DNA of 64,000 nt, from NCBI GenBank assembly GCA_043811375.1, contig JBDRNJ010000057.1, forward strand, positions 3,281 to 67,280, in the 5' to 3' direction. The notes beneath the pieces are model-generated. The model saw nothing but the letters and a program-made list of their open reading frames with translations, was not told where the DNA came from and searched no databases. Below are positions 32,055-41,068 of this stretch, piece by piece; positions within the stretch are counted from its first letter, which is position 1; the number at the start of each line of letters is the position of its first letter. The position numbers and the translations under genes are program-made. Source of the DNA: a bacterium. GTDB taxonomy: Bacteria; Zixibacteria; MSB-5A5; GN15; FEB-12.

Positions 32055-35000
32055 CTATGATATTTCGCTTTCAGAAGCTTCCACAATCTGCTTTGCTCCG
32101 ATCAACATGCTTCCTTTGTTTTTGGCAAGTAGTCGATCAAAGGGGTCCTGCACCCGAAGAAGACGCGGATTGGAGGTTGCACAATCGTAAACGACATAGA
32201 GCCAGTAGTTCTCTTTAAGATTGCAGGCTTTAGCCCACTCATTTGCCTTCATTTCGATCTCTCCCGAAGCCAAACGCCCTTTTACCTCCACAGCGATCTT
32301 GTCACCTGCAGGCGGTATCAGTAAGAGGTCAAATCCCGGGTGCGCGGGAAGACCGCCAGCTAGCGCGAGGTCTGGGGTGTGAACATCTACGACCGTTGCA
32401 CCGGACGCTTCGGCATAGGCCCATGCCAACTGCATGGCAACTTTCTCTGTATTTGTATCAGACTGCTCGATGTCCCTCGGATCACTGGAAGGCACTACCA
32501 GAGCATGTGCGATGAACTCGAGATCACCGTGCATTATCAATTCTGGTTCGCGTCTGAGTACAGTAATGGCATTCTCTCGTCGCGACGACAGCTCTCTTTG
32601 TCGATCCTTGATCCGCGCGAGTTCTGTTGCGGCCGCCCGACTGCCACCTCGCGCTTTTTGGGACATTTTGGCTCTGGTGGTGGCAAGCTCCGACTCCTGG
32701 AAGTCAAAACCGCGAGCCATAAAGGCCTCGCGCTCGGGCAGTGATTCCAGCAACTTGTTTCGGTGTTCTACTGCCATACTTCGGCCAACCCGTTCGGCAA
32801 GATATGCCTGTGCTTGTTCTTTGAATTTCTCGGCCGTTGCCGCTAAACGCTGCCCTTCCGCAGGTAACCCGTTGCCACCTTTGAGAATCATAAGGTGTTC
32901 GACAGGGCAGAGAGTTATCTCCGAGCCTTCCGACTGTTTGACTCCGACAAGGCGGCATTCAATAGTCTCGAGCTGTGAAAGTTCGGCAAGATCAGGATCG
33001 GCTTGTCGAATGACACTGAGCCTGGCTAGATGAAAGAGATACGGCTTGATTGTCGTCGGATCGACGAATACCGCACCCCTGCTTGCATCCGAGCCAAGTT
33101 TCGCGTTCACAACTGTCCGAAACTGTTCAAACATTGGTTCGCCAGGATGCATCCAGATGCTTGACTTGCGATCCTTCGGACGAACGACAGTAAGACGATC
33201 TCTCTGTGACTCTGAATAAGCTTCTAATGCTGGCATGAGAGGATCAACGGCACCATGTTGAGCTGGACCTAGCGTAAAGGTTTTCGCTAGGTCTCCTTCT
33301 ACTTCCATATTGACTAGTGGCGCCGCAGATTGAATGAAGTTCCTGACGTAGCCGGGAAGCAATCTGTACAGAGTTTCCTGTCCCAAGTCCTCTCTCAGCC
33401 GGGGCAATTCCTTCTTTACATCACCACCGTCACCGTATATCTGCTTTTCCTTAAACGCCAACGCTATGACCTGTTCTTTAGTCAAACGGCCTTCGAGTTC
33501 CTCAGCAATACTATCAGCATCGCCAACCATAGCTCGTTCCATGTACTTCTTGATCGATATGTCCGAAAAAACCCGACCGATGCTGTCGAACACCTTGTCT
33601 GACTTTAGTTCTTTCCTAATCTTCTCCAGCTTATCCAAGAGCGTCTTGAGTACCTTACCCTCACGGGTCGACGGCGCGACGAGGTTCAAGATAATGACCG
33701 GATCGTGATCTTGACCATATCTGTGGATGCGTCCCATACGCTGTTCCAGGCGTGCTGGATTCCACGGCACATCATAATTGATCATGATCCAGCAGAACTG
33801 GAGGTTGATACCTTCACCAGCCGCATCCGTGCAGACCAGGAATCGGGCGCCACCCTCTTCCAGCGATGAGCGGAAACGCTCAACTTGTTCTTCGCGCTCT
33901 GCGTAATGCATGCCCCCATGAATTTGGGCTATCTGGCCAGTGTAGCCAAGGCCTTCGAGGCGACGCACAAGAAACTGAAGCGTATCTCTATGCTCAGTAA
34001 AAACGATCAGTTTCTCTTCACGGAATTTCTTGTCAGTAATGACCTCGCGTAGCCGATCAAACTTTGACTCCTGGCCTGCGTCGTACACTTGCTGAGCGAG
34101 ATCACGCAGCCGTTCTACTTCTTCTCTTTCAGCTTCCAGGTCTGCGAGAGATGCCGCCACCACTCCTCTCAGTAGTTTGTCCTCGGCAATCTCGTTTTCT
34201 TCCCGATCTTGATCCGTAGATTCATCGTCTGCCGTCTTGGATTCGAAAATGTCATCCGAATCTGACAACGCTCTTTGCATTTTAAGAAGCTCTTCAAAGG
34301 AGAACTTGCCCTGCTGAACATCACTAATGATGTTTTCAAGTTTCTCTTTTCTTCTTTCAAAGGAGCAGAGGAGCGCAAATGTAGAACTAGCCAATCGACG
34401 CTGGAAGACACCCATCGCTAGCTGAGCTGCTGACTGGTTTAACATCTGCGCGCGGTTGTATACATTGCGTAAGTACTCTGTAGTTTCATCATATAGCCGC
34501 TGCTCACTTACCTCACCCTGTGTTAGGTCGAACCCGAGTGTATCGGATATCCTCTTTGGATAAAGCGGCTTCCCATCTAGATGAACCATCTCCTCCTTCG
34601 TGCGACGAATGAAGTATATCTGCCTCCTATCAGGAGGAAATCGATCGAAAGCATCCATTGTGCCTAGTATGTCCGGCTCCAGGAGACGCCATAGGGCATA
34701 GTAGGGATACTCTTTACCCATATGGGGGGTGGCGGTCAGCAATAACAGGTGATGCGTATGCCAATGTAGCCGCCAATCAGGATCAGCGGTTTCAACGCCG
34801 GCAATGGCTTCGGCTAGTCTGTAGCGATCAGTTTTAGTAACACGAAGATCCTTACCTCGGCTGCTGGACAACTTATGGGCCTCGTCAAAAACGACCAAAT
34901 CGTAGGGCTGGGTATTGGATTCTTGCAATCGGGCAAAGACACGGTTACTGGTCATCGTGTCCACGCTGACGATCAGCCTCTCACTGCCATTGCCCATGAA

Positions 35001-35624
35001 TGGGTTGGCTTTTGCTGCATCCGAACCACTAATAATATTGAAATCCAGATTGAAGAGAGTGGAAAGCTCGCGCCGCCAGTTTCCAACTAAGCCGGCTGGT
35101 GGCACAATCAGTATCCGGCGTAAAAGGCGTCGAGTGAGCATCTCTCTGATGTACAAACCGGACATGATCGTCTTACCTGCGCCAGCGTCATCAGCAAGCA
35201 GAAAACGGAGGCGTGCCTGGTGCAACATGTGGTCATAGACGGCGATTCGCTGATGCGGCAAAGGATCTATATTTGCAATCTCAGTGGCAAAGGCAGGGTT
35301 GACCAAATGACCGAATGACAATCGTTCCCCCTCCACATACGCTTGAACCGCGTCAGGCTTCGCGGTAAAGTCTAGCCGGTCTTGAGCCTCTTGCGAATGG
35401 GGCTCTTCTATATACGGAGCTTCATCTTCTCCGCGTTCGTCGGCGAGCTTGAGTAGCTGACTCCAGGAAAGCTGCGAAGGGCGAGATTTGCCATTCTCCC
35501 ATCTATTGATCGTTGGGAAAGACACCCCAAGCTCTTCGGCCAGTGCCACCTGGGTGAAACCGAGCTTGGCCCGAATTTGCTTGACCTTGGTTGGATAATC
35601 ATCTCCTGGCAAAACTTCCGGCAT
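32055..35624 (-). CDS. XRE-HTH + SNF2 helicase + DUF3883 nuclease fusion
   Basis: N-terminal TQVALAEELGVSFPTINRWENG; LLADDAGAGKT, DEAH, TATPH, EGINLQ and QRMGRIHR; C-terminal GFDL...EVKG. Confidence 0.9.
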   Translation of the reverse strand: MPEVLPGDDYPTKVKQIRAKLGFTQVALAEELGVSFPTINRWENGKSRPSQLSWSQLLKLADERGEDEAPYIEEPHSQEAQDRLDFTAKPDAVQAYVEGERLSFGHLVNPAFATEIANIDPLPHQRIAVYDHMLHQARLRFLLADDAGAGKTIMSGLYIREMLTRRLLRRILIVPPAGLVGNWRRELSTLFNLDFNIISGSDAAKANPFMGNGSERLIVSVDTMTSNRVFARLQESNTQPYDLVVFDEAHKLSSSRGKDLRVTKTDRYRLAEAIAGVETADPDWRLHWHTHHLLLLTATPHMGKEYPYYALWRLLEPDILGTMDAFDRFPPDRRQIYFIRRTKEEMVHLDGKPLYPKRISDTLGFDLTQGEVSEQRLYDETTEYLRNVYNRAQMLNQSAAQLAMGVFQRRLASSTFALLCSFERRKEKLENIISDVQQGKFSFEELLKMQRALSDSDDIFESKTADDESTDQDREENEIAEDKLLRGVVAASLADLEAEREEVERLRDLAQQVYDAGQESKFDRLREVITDKKFREEKLIVFTEHRDTLQFLVRRLEGLGYTGQIAQIHGGMHYAEREEQVERFRSSLEEGGARFLVCTDAAGEGINLQFCWIMINYDVPWNPARLEQRMGRIHRYGQDHDPVIILNLVAPSTREGKVLKTLLDKLEKIRKELKSDKVFDSIGRVFSDISIKKYMERAMVGDADSIAEELEGRLTKEQVIALAFKEKQIYGDGGDVKKELPRLREDLGQETLYRLLPGYVRNFIQSAAPLVNMEVEGDLAKTFTLGPAQHGAVDPLMPALEAYSESQRDRLTVVRPKDRKSSIWMHPGEPMFEQFRTVVNAKLGSDASRGAVFVDPTTIKPYLFHLARLSVIRQADPDLAELSQLETIECRLVGVKQSEGSEITLCPVEHLMILKGGNGLPAEGQRLAATAEKFKEQAQAYLAERVGRSMAVEHRNKLLESLPEREAFMARGFDFQESELATTRAKMSQKARGGSRAAATELARIKDRQRELSSRRENAITVLRREPELIMHGDLEFIAHALVVPSSDPRDIEQSDTNTEKVAMQLAWAYAEASGATVVDVHTPDLALAGGLPAHPGFDLLLIPPAGDKIAVEVKGRLASGEIEMKANEWAKACNLKENYWLYVVYDCATSNPRLLRVQDPFDRLLAKNKGSMLIGAKQIVEASESEIS

Positions 35625-35685
35625 CCATATCTCCTAGGTTTATTTTTTCTTCTTATGACACATCGCGTGCTCATTTTGTTTTCAG

Positions 35686-35701
35686 TATATCATATGATAT
35701 A
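35686..35701. promoter_or_regulatory. candidate operator palindrome TATATCATATGATATA
   Basis: Perfect 16-bp inverted repeat about 60 bp upstream of the HTH-helicase start. Confidence 0.5.
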
Positions 35702-35812
35702 TTGGACGTAAAGCGCTTTTTTCGAGTTTCTGTCGTTTCCTGAGCTGAAATGCGAATGGATCACAAAGTGCGTCGTAAGGCATTGATATGTTATTACTTA
35801 ACGACATCCAGG

Positions 35813-35961
35813 TGGCCTGCCCCCCGAATATCGATCCAGTTTGAGAGGTAGTATGTTGGGCTGGATCGAGGAAGGAGGCGGTGACGGGTCGGAAGCGTTA
35901 CACCGTAGAATCTATTGTTTGGATGCTTCATGACGTCAGTGTAGCTTTGGCATGGCAGTAA
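35813..35961 (+). mobile_element. IS3-family left-end remnant (IRL + degenerate orfA)
   Basis: TGGCCTGCCCCCC end, AAGGAGG RBS, then MTGRKRYTVESIVWMLHDVSVALA resembling an IS3/IS407 OrfA N-terminus. Confidence 0.6.
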
Positions 35962-35982
35962 GGTTAACTGAAGTGGAGCGGG

Positions 35983-36750
35983 ATGTTACACTATCGAGAC
36001 AGTCATGTGAGAGATAAACTGGTCGAGAGGGGAAGCACCCTTTTCAAGGCACCTAAGCGACCCATACAGTTTACAAAGGTCGTTCCAGCCGATGAGCTTC
36101 TAAACGACTTAGTGAAGTTCCCTCATGCGTTCGTACTGGCCTGTATAATGGATCAGCAGGTCAAGGCGGAGAGGGCTTGGCTGGTTCCTTACAAGATCTC
36201 TTCACAACTTGGGGGCTTCACTTTGGACCTTCTGCGTCCACTTGATGAACCTGACATAAATAGGCTCATGCGAAAGCCGGAGATATTGCATCGGTTCGTT
36301 GACAGGATGAGTAGGTTCTTCTACTTAGCGATTCGCAGGATTGACTACCAATATGGAGGAGATGCTTCACAAGTCTGGAGCAGCAATCCGTCAAGCGCGG
36401 AAGTGGTCTATCGGTTCCTGCAATTTGATGGTGTAGGGCCGAAAATCGCTTGCATGGCAGCCAATATCCTCGCGCGAGAAATGAAAGTCCCTATGCACGA
36501 CTACTTCTCTATTGATATTTCAGCGGACATACACGTCCGAAGGGTGTTCTCACGACTTGGGCTGTGTCCTTCTGATTCGTCAGTAGAGCAGGTCATCTAT
36601 AAGGCTCGATCATTGTACCCTGAATTCCCGGGAATAATGGATCTGCCGAGTTGGGAGATCGGTCGGAATTGGTGCAAGTCCCGCCAGCCGCGTTGTGATG
36701 AATGTTATATGAGTGACATGTGCCCGACGGCAAACTCTGTACAGGCCTGA
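35983..36750 (+). CDS. HhH-GPD DNA glycosylase, endonuclease III-like, with 4Fe-4S cluster
   Basis: FDGVGPKIA HhH motif, DIHVRRV, C-X6-C-X2-C-X5-C. Confidence 0.88.
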   Translation: MLHYRDSHVRDKLVERGSTLFKAPKRPIQFTKVVPADELLNDLVKFPHAFVLACIMDQQVKAERAWLVPYKISSQLGGFTLDLLRPLDEPDINRLMRKPEILHRFVDRMSRFFYLAIRRIDYQYGGDASQVWSSNPSSAEVVYRFLQFDGVGPKIACMAANILAREMKVPMHDYFSIDISADIHVRRVFSRLGLCPSDSSVEQVIYKARSLYPEFPGIMDLPSWEIGRNWCKSRQPRCDECYMSDMCPTANSVQA

Positions 36751-37408
36751 GACGGTGTGCTGAGGTGGGAGTCTACTCATCTGGTCTGATGACCATAGAA
36801 CTGTGGGAACATCACCAATGTGAAACCATCAAACCTCTCAACGCCGAACACACGGACTTTCGCAGTCCGGTCTCGGTGGAACGACTAATCGTCCTCCCTT
36901 GGTTGCGTAATAACAAGTACTTCGGATTTACGGCGAACTCTTCTGCTGACGATTCGGACGATCCACTATTGATTCATCAGCACAGGCAGTTTGATATAAC
37001 CGGATTAATGGTGCACAAAACCGCCACCGCACCGCCAAGAACGTTATGCATTGTTGGCACTCCGCCCCGCGGTTTCCCTGGCTCGTTTCTCAGTGTCCCG
37101 ACAAATGCACCGGGAAAGATTCCAGTGGTGTTGGGGGATGTTATTGTGATATAGCACCTTACGCAACAAATCCGACTATTCGGTAGATTGCACTTTTAAT
37201 ACTTGCCAATGAGTATTCTGAGTACCATTATAGGTAAATGTTGGAGTTCTTGCATACTTCCGGCGGACTCGATTGCTGTCTTAGTCCGATCGGAAACGAG
37301 CGAGTATGCCTTGGAGAAACGCTCCCAACGTCTCTAGTGGCTGCTATGAGGAGTGGGGAGGCGTGCCCCAAGCTGCCGTGCAATGGAGCATTACAGGAGC
37401 CATAATGC

Positions 37409-39136
37409 ATGAAGCGTAGGAATTCGGATGGCGAGAAGCTGTGCACCAACCAGATCAAGGCGTTACAGGCAGTCGAATCCACTTATGGAAAATGGCTTAG
37501 CAGTCTCGGACGAACTTACCGGAATAAGCTTGAGACAGCCCTGGCTACGGCGCAGGAACGGATCATGGATCGGGTGTTTCGATCAACGACCCGACCGGGC
37601 GAGAGAATCGACTATGTTCACTTCTCTTATCGCTCGCTTGTTCTGGGTCATCGCTGGTACGATACCCATTATGCGGCCGCTCGGGATCCTGAGGAAGGCA
37701 GCCAAGTGAGTAAGGTCATCACAGTGTCGAACGGCGACAAAGTTGATAGAGCCTGTCTAAGTGAGTTCGCCCAAGAAGTGTACATGTATGAAGAGGCGTA
37801 CGAAATCCTGCCACCGATCGACTGTGAATTCTGTGCTGTCATGCTATGCACCGACACGCCATCGAAAGAAGAGTCCAGAGGGCTAATGAACGTGGGTGTA
37901 TATCCGCTCAGCCGCCTGGCCGTTGATTACGTAGTGAATCTCCTTATTAAATGCCAGCAGTGCCCATGGCGAATTCCAAGAGAGGCACTGATCGGCCACA
38001 CGAAGGAATTCATGCGGCTCGAAAGAAACCTAGTCTCAGACTGGGAGCGGATCAGAAAGAACACCAGGCGCAGAAGGATTCTGCCTTCAGCCGATCATGT
38101 CTTCGAGTTCATTTTGAAGTCGTCGATTATTACTTTGAATCTCCTCTCCGATCGATTGTTCGAAGAAACGGTGAAATACCGCGTGACCAAGGACCAACGG
38201 TCGTGGGAGCCGGGTATGCGAGTAAGTAAGCTGACCACACGGTCAGAGCTTCGCACTCTGCGGAAAAAAGCGCTCCAGGGGTTACCTCGCGGCGACCACC
38301 CGAGCTTGCGACGCTGCCTCTACTTCCTGCCCGTCAGACTAACCGCTGATCAGCGAGTTGTGGGACTTCTGGCCTTGGGCAGTGCCGATGCCCTTTCTTA
38401 CGAGATCGTTCCGTCTCTGGCCGTGGTGGAACGAGCGGCCTTTCTGATGTGTCGTGAATTCGAACTGACGTTGATCCAGAACCACCTCACAAGCGCCTTA
38501 GTGGAGTCGGAAGTCCAACGGTCCTTTGCCAAGCTCATGGCTCACGAACTATCCCATCCATTAATGCGCATCGACAATCTCGTTACGAGCGTTGGCGATG
38601 CCATTTCGACCGGACAAAGGACCCTGGAAGCCTTTACTCAAGGGATGTTTACTGAGTTGCTGGCCAAACCGGTCGACCTGCGGGCGGTCCTGCGCGATAT
38701 AGAACGGCGCCACCAACCGTTTACTGATGGTAAGGCGGCGATGTCGTTGGAGATCGACGTCTACCGGAAGACACTGGTCAGAGTCAACCGGCAAGTGCTG
38801 GAATACACGCTAGGAATTCTGGTGGGTAATGCTCTCGAGTACGGCTCGTCTCCTGCAAATCTCAGAGCGGAAGTTGATGAGGGACACAAGCAGGTCACCG
38901 TTTCGGTGAAAAACCCGGGTCCCCCTTTACCCAAACCAATCAGGAAAAGCCTTACTGTCAACGGCGCCTCGGGATCTGCGCGAGGCAGGCAACGGCGTGG
39001 GCAGGGTTTTGGCCGTGGACTGAAGTTGGTTACAGAGATATGTCGTCTGAACAGATGGGAACTGACCTATGAAGAAAGTGCCTTAAGCGAAATGGAAGTG
39101 TTGCACCGTTTCGATCTGGTGCTGCCAGGTGCATAG
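37409..39136 (+). CDS. soluble sensor histidine kinase
   Basis: H-box AHELSHPL, N-box VGNALEYG, VKNPGPP, G2 GFGRGL; GAF-like YFLPV..RVVGLLAL; no TM segment. Confidence 0.85.
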   Translation: MKRRNSDGEKLCTNQIKALQAVESTYGKWLSSLGRTYRNKLETALATAQERIMDRVFRSTTRPGERIDYVHFSYRSLVLGHRWYDTHYAAARDPEEGSQVSKVITVSNGDKVDRACLSEFAQEVYMYEEAYEILPPIDCEFCAVMLCTDTPSKEESRGLMNVGVYPLSRLAVDYVVNLLIKCQQCPWRIPREALIGHTKEFMRLERNLVSDWERIRKNTRRRRILPSADHVFEFILKSSIITLNLLSDRLFEETVKYRVTKDQRSWEPGMRVSKLTTRSELRTLRKKALQGLPRGDHPSLRRCLYFLPVRLTADQRVVGLLALGSADALSYEIVPSLAVVERAAFLMCREFELTLIQNHLTSALVESEVQRSFAKLMAHELSHPLMRIDNLVTSVGDAISTGQRTLEAFTQGMFTELLAKPVDLRAVLRDIERRHQPFTDGKAAMSLEIDVYRKTLVRVNRQVLEYTLGILVGNALEYGSSPANLRAEVDEGHKQVTVSVKNPGPPLPKPIRKSLTVNGASGSARGRQRRGQGFGRGLKLVTEICRLNRWELTYEESALSEMEVLHRFDLVLPGA

Positions 39137-39169
39137 AGCTGGGATTTTGTTGAGAAAGGGGCCATAGAA

Positions 39170-39580
39170 ATGACAAAGAACGATTCGCGGATGATAATCA
39201 TCGTGGTGGACGATACGGAGGCGTCATTCTCAAGAGTTAAGAAACTCCTTAAAGACTGCATCCCACATCTATATCTGAACCATATCAAATCTGCCCACGA
39301 GCTCGACGGACTACTTCGAACTTGCCAAAAACAAGGCGTAGTACCGCACGCATACATAGTTGACATAAGTTTGAGTGAGGACGCCGATGGTATCGACGTA
39401 ATAAGGAAGATCCGGGCGCAGTATCCCCAAAGCTTGATAGTTGCTAACACGAAGTTCGCCGAATACCGTGACGAAGCGATCAAGGCGGGGGCGGACAATT
39501 TTGTCGAGAAATTCACGCAAGACAACAGACTGGTGGAGATTCTAGTTGAAAACCTGTCAAGCGGTGAGGATTCAGTATGA
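39170..39580 (+). CDS. single-domain response regulator
   Basis: VVDD, IVDIS phospho-Asp, DG, T, GADNFVEK. Confidence 0.85.
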   Translation: MTKNDSRMIIIVVDDTEASFSRVKKLLKDCIPHLYLNHIKSAHELDGLLRTCQKQGVVPHAYIVDISLSEDADGIDVIRKIRAQYPQSLIVANTKFAEYRDEAIKAGADNFVEKFTQDNRLVEILVENLSSGEDSV

Positions 39581-39996
39581 ACGAAAAACAAGCAAGGGGT
39601 TCAGGGTACAACATCGCTGTTATGGTTGAGGATACCGATGCCTCATACGACCTGGTTCGGAGGTTGCTGAGCGAAGTCGCCCCCCCGGTGTACGTCAATC
39701 GGGCAAAGAATGTGGAGGCACTTGACTTACTCCTTGAGAAGCTGAAGTCGCACGGGACAACACCTTCTGTGTTTATCGTAGACGTGTCCATTAATGAAGA
39801 CACCGATGGCATCGTTCTGATTGATCGACTGCATACGAATTACCCGGAGGTGCCCATAATCGCCTATTCCAAGTTTCCGCAATACGAAAACGAGACGCTG
39901 GCGTCTGGTGCAGGATGGTTTGTGCATAAGTTCACAGAGAAAGCCCCAAGCAGGTTGGCAGAGATCGTCCAGAAGATTGTGCGGGAGGATAGTTGA
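39577..39996 (+). CDS. single-domain response regulator (paralog)
   Basis: MVED, IVDVS, DG, PIIAYS, GAGWFVHK; ATGA overlap. Confidence 0.85.
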   Translation: MNEKQARGSGYNIAVMVEDTDASYDLVRRLLSEVAPPVYVNRAKNVEALDLLLEKLKSHGTTPSVFIVDVSINEDTDGIVLIDRLHTNYPEVPIIAYSKFPQYENETLASGAGWFVHKFTEKAPSRLAEIVQKIVREDS

Positions 39997-41060
39997 GTAT
40001 GGAAGGCAGCACGCAAAACCCAAGGAAGAGTAAAAAGAGGGAGCGAATCATTGAGTACTTGTGGTTCAAAGCGACCAAGAAAAGGACTCTGCTTGTTTAT
40101 TGGCACCCGTCGCTGTGCTGGAGCCTTCTGCTGAACGCCCTAAAAATCCCAATCAGATGGTACCAGGAATACTATTATGCACCTTTCAATCTTACTGGGA
40201 CCTTTTACTTGCACACTGCTAGGAGAATCACCCAACTGATGTTCATAGTAATGTGCTACCTGACCTATCGGTATGGTTTGGGCGTTGGGTTTCTCTGGGT
40301 CGTCGGGCTGTTTTTTGTCCTTGTGCTAGTCGACTGTGTCGTGGCTCAGTGGACCGGGCTTCTGACGTTATCCTATGTGACCGATTCAACGCTGTTGGCG
40401 ATCATTGCGTCAAACTACAGGAATCTCAGGTCACTACGTAGCTTAAGGGATATAGTTGCTAACAACCTTCTTGGTGACCACCCCGCTATGAATACACCCG
40501 AGGGAATGGTGCAAGAAGATCAGGGTTTCAAGGAGGGTGTTGCCGAGATCTCTGAGGAGATTCTCATACGCCCGAATAAACAAAGAGTAGAAGTATTCAA
40601 GTTGGCCCTGCTTCCCCTGGGTCATGTGTTCAGTCTGCTGGTGTTCTGGGCGTTCATGGTGATTGCCATGCAAGCGGCGTGGGGCGGCTATGCCTTCAGG
40701 GGACTTCACCTGGCGAATGAGGATACCAGGTCGGTCAAGTCCTTTGGTCTCGATATGATCGACTGTGCCTACTTTTCTGCCGTCACGGTATCTACCATAG
40801 GCTACGGCCTGATCTTACCGGATGCTGCACCCGACGAGAAGGTGCGGACGGATTGTACACAGCGGATGCCCCAGACCACGTGGGTGCGATTCATAACTCT
40901 CGGCGTAATGTTGGTTGTGATTATTACGATTATTGGCACCTTCAACCTGACCTTTCAATCGGTGCAAGCGGTAACGCAGGCTCTCGGGGATTCAGATCGT
41001 GTCCAGCGAGTAGTGAGGCTCTATGCGATAGATGAAATCAAGTACCCGTTGGTGAGATAA
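39993..41060 (+). CDS. potassium-channel family (Ion_trans_2) membrane protein
   Basis: Pore helix and filter CAYFSAVTVSTIGYG between two TM helices; extra N-terminal TMs. Confidence 0.8.
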   Translation: MSMEGSTQNPRKSKKRERIIEYLWFKATKKRTLLVYWHPSLCWSLLLNALKIPIRWYQEYYYAPFNLTGTFYLHTARRITQLMFIVMCYLTYRYGLGVGFLWVVGLFFVLVLVDCVVAQWTGLLTLSYVTDSTLLAIIASNYRNLRSLRSLRDIVANNLLGDHPAMNTPEGMVQEDQGFKEGVAEISEEILIRPNKQRVEVFKLALLPLGHVFSLLVFWAFMVIAMQAAWGGYAFRGLHLANEDTRSVKSFGLDMIDCAYFSAVTVSTIGYGLILPDAAPDEKVRTDCTQRMPQTTWVRFITLGVMLVVIITIIGTFNLTFQSVQAVTQALGDSDRVQRVVRLYAIDEIKYPLVR

Positions 41061-41068
41061 CCAACATC

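Noticed and set aside
36720-37154. 144-aa ORF between the glycosylase and the kinase
   Set aside because: No RBS or motif, and it overlaps the upstream gene; cannot be supported
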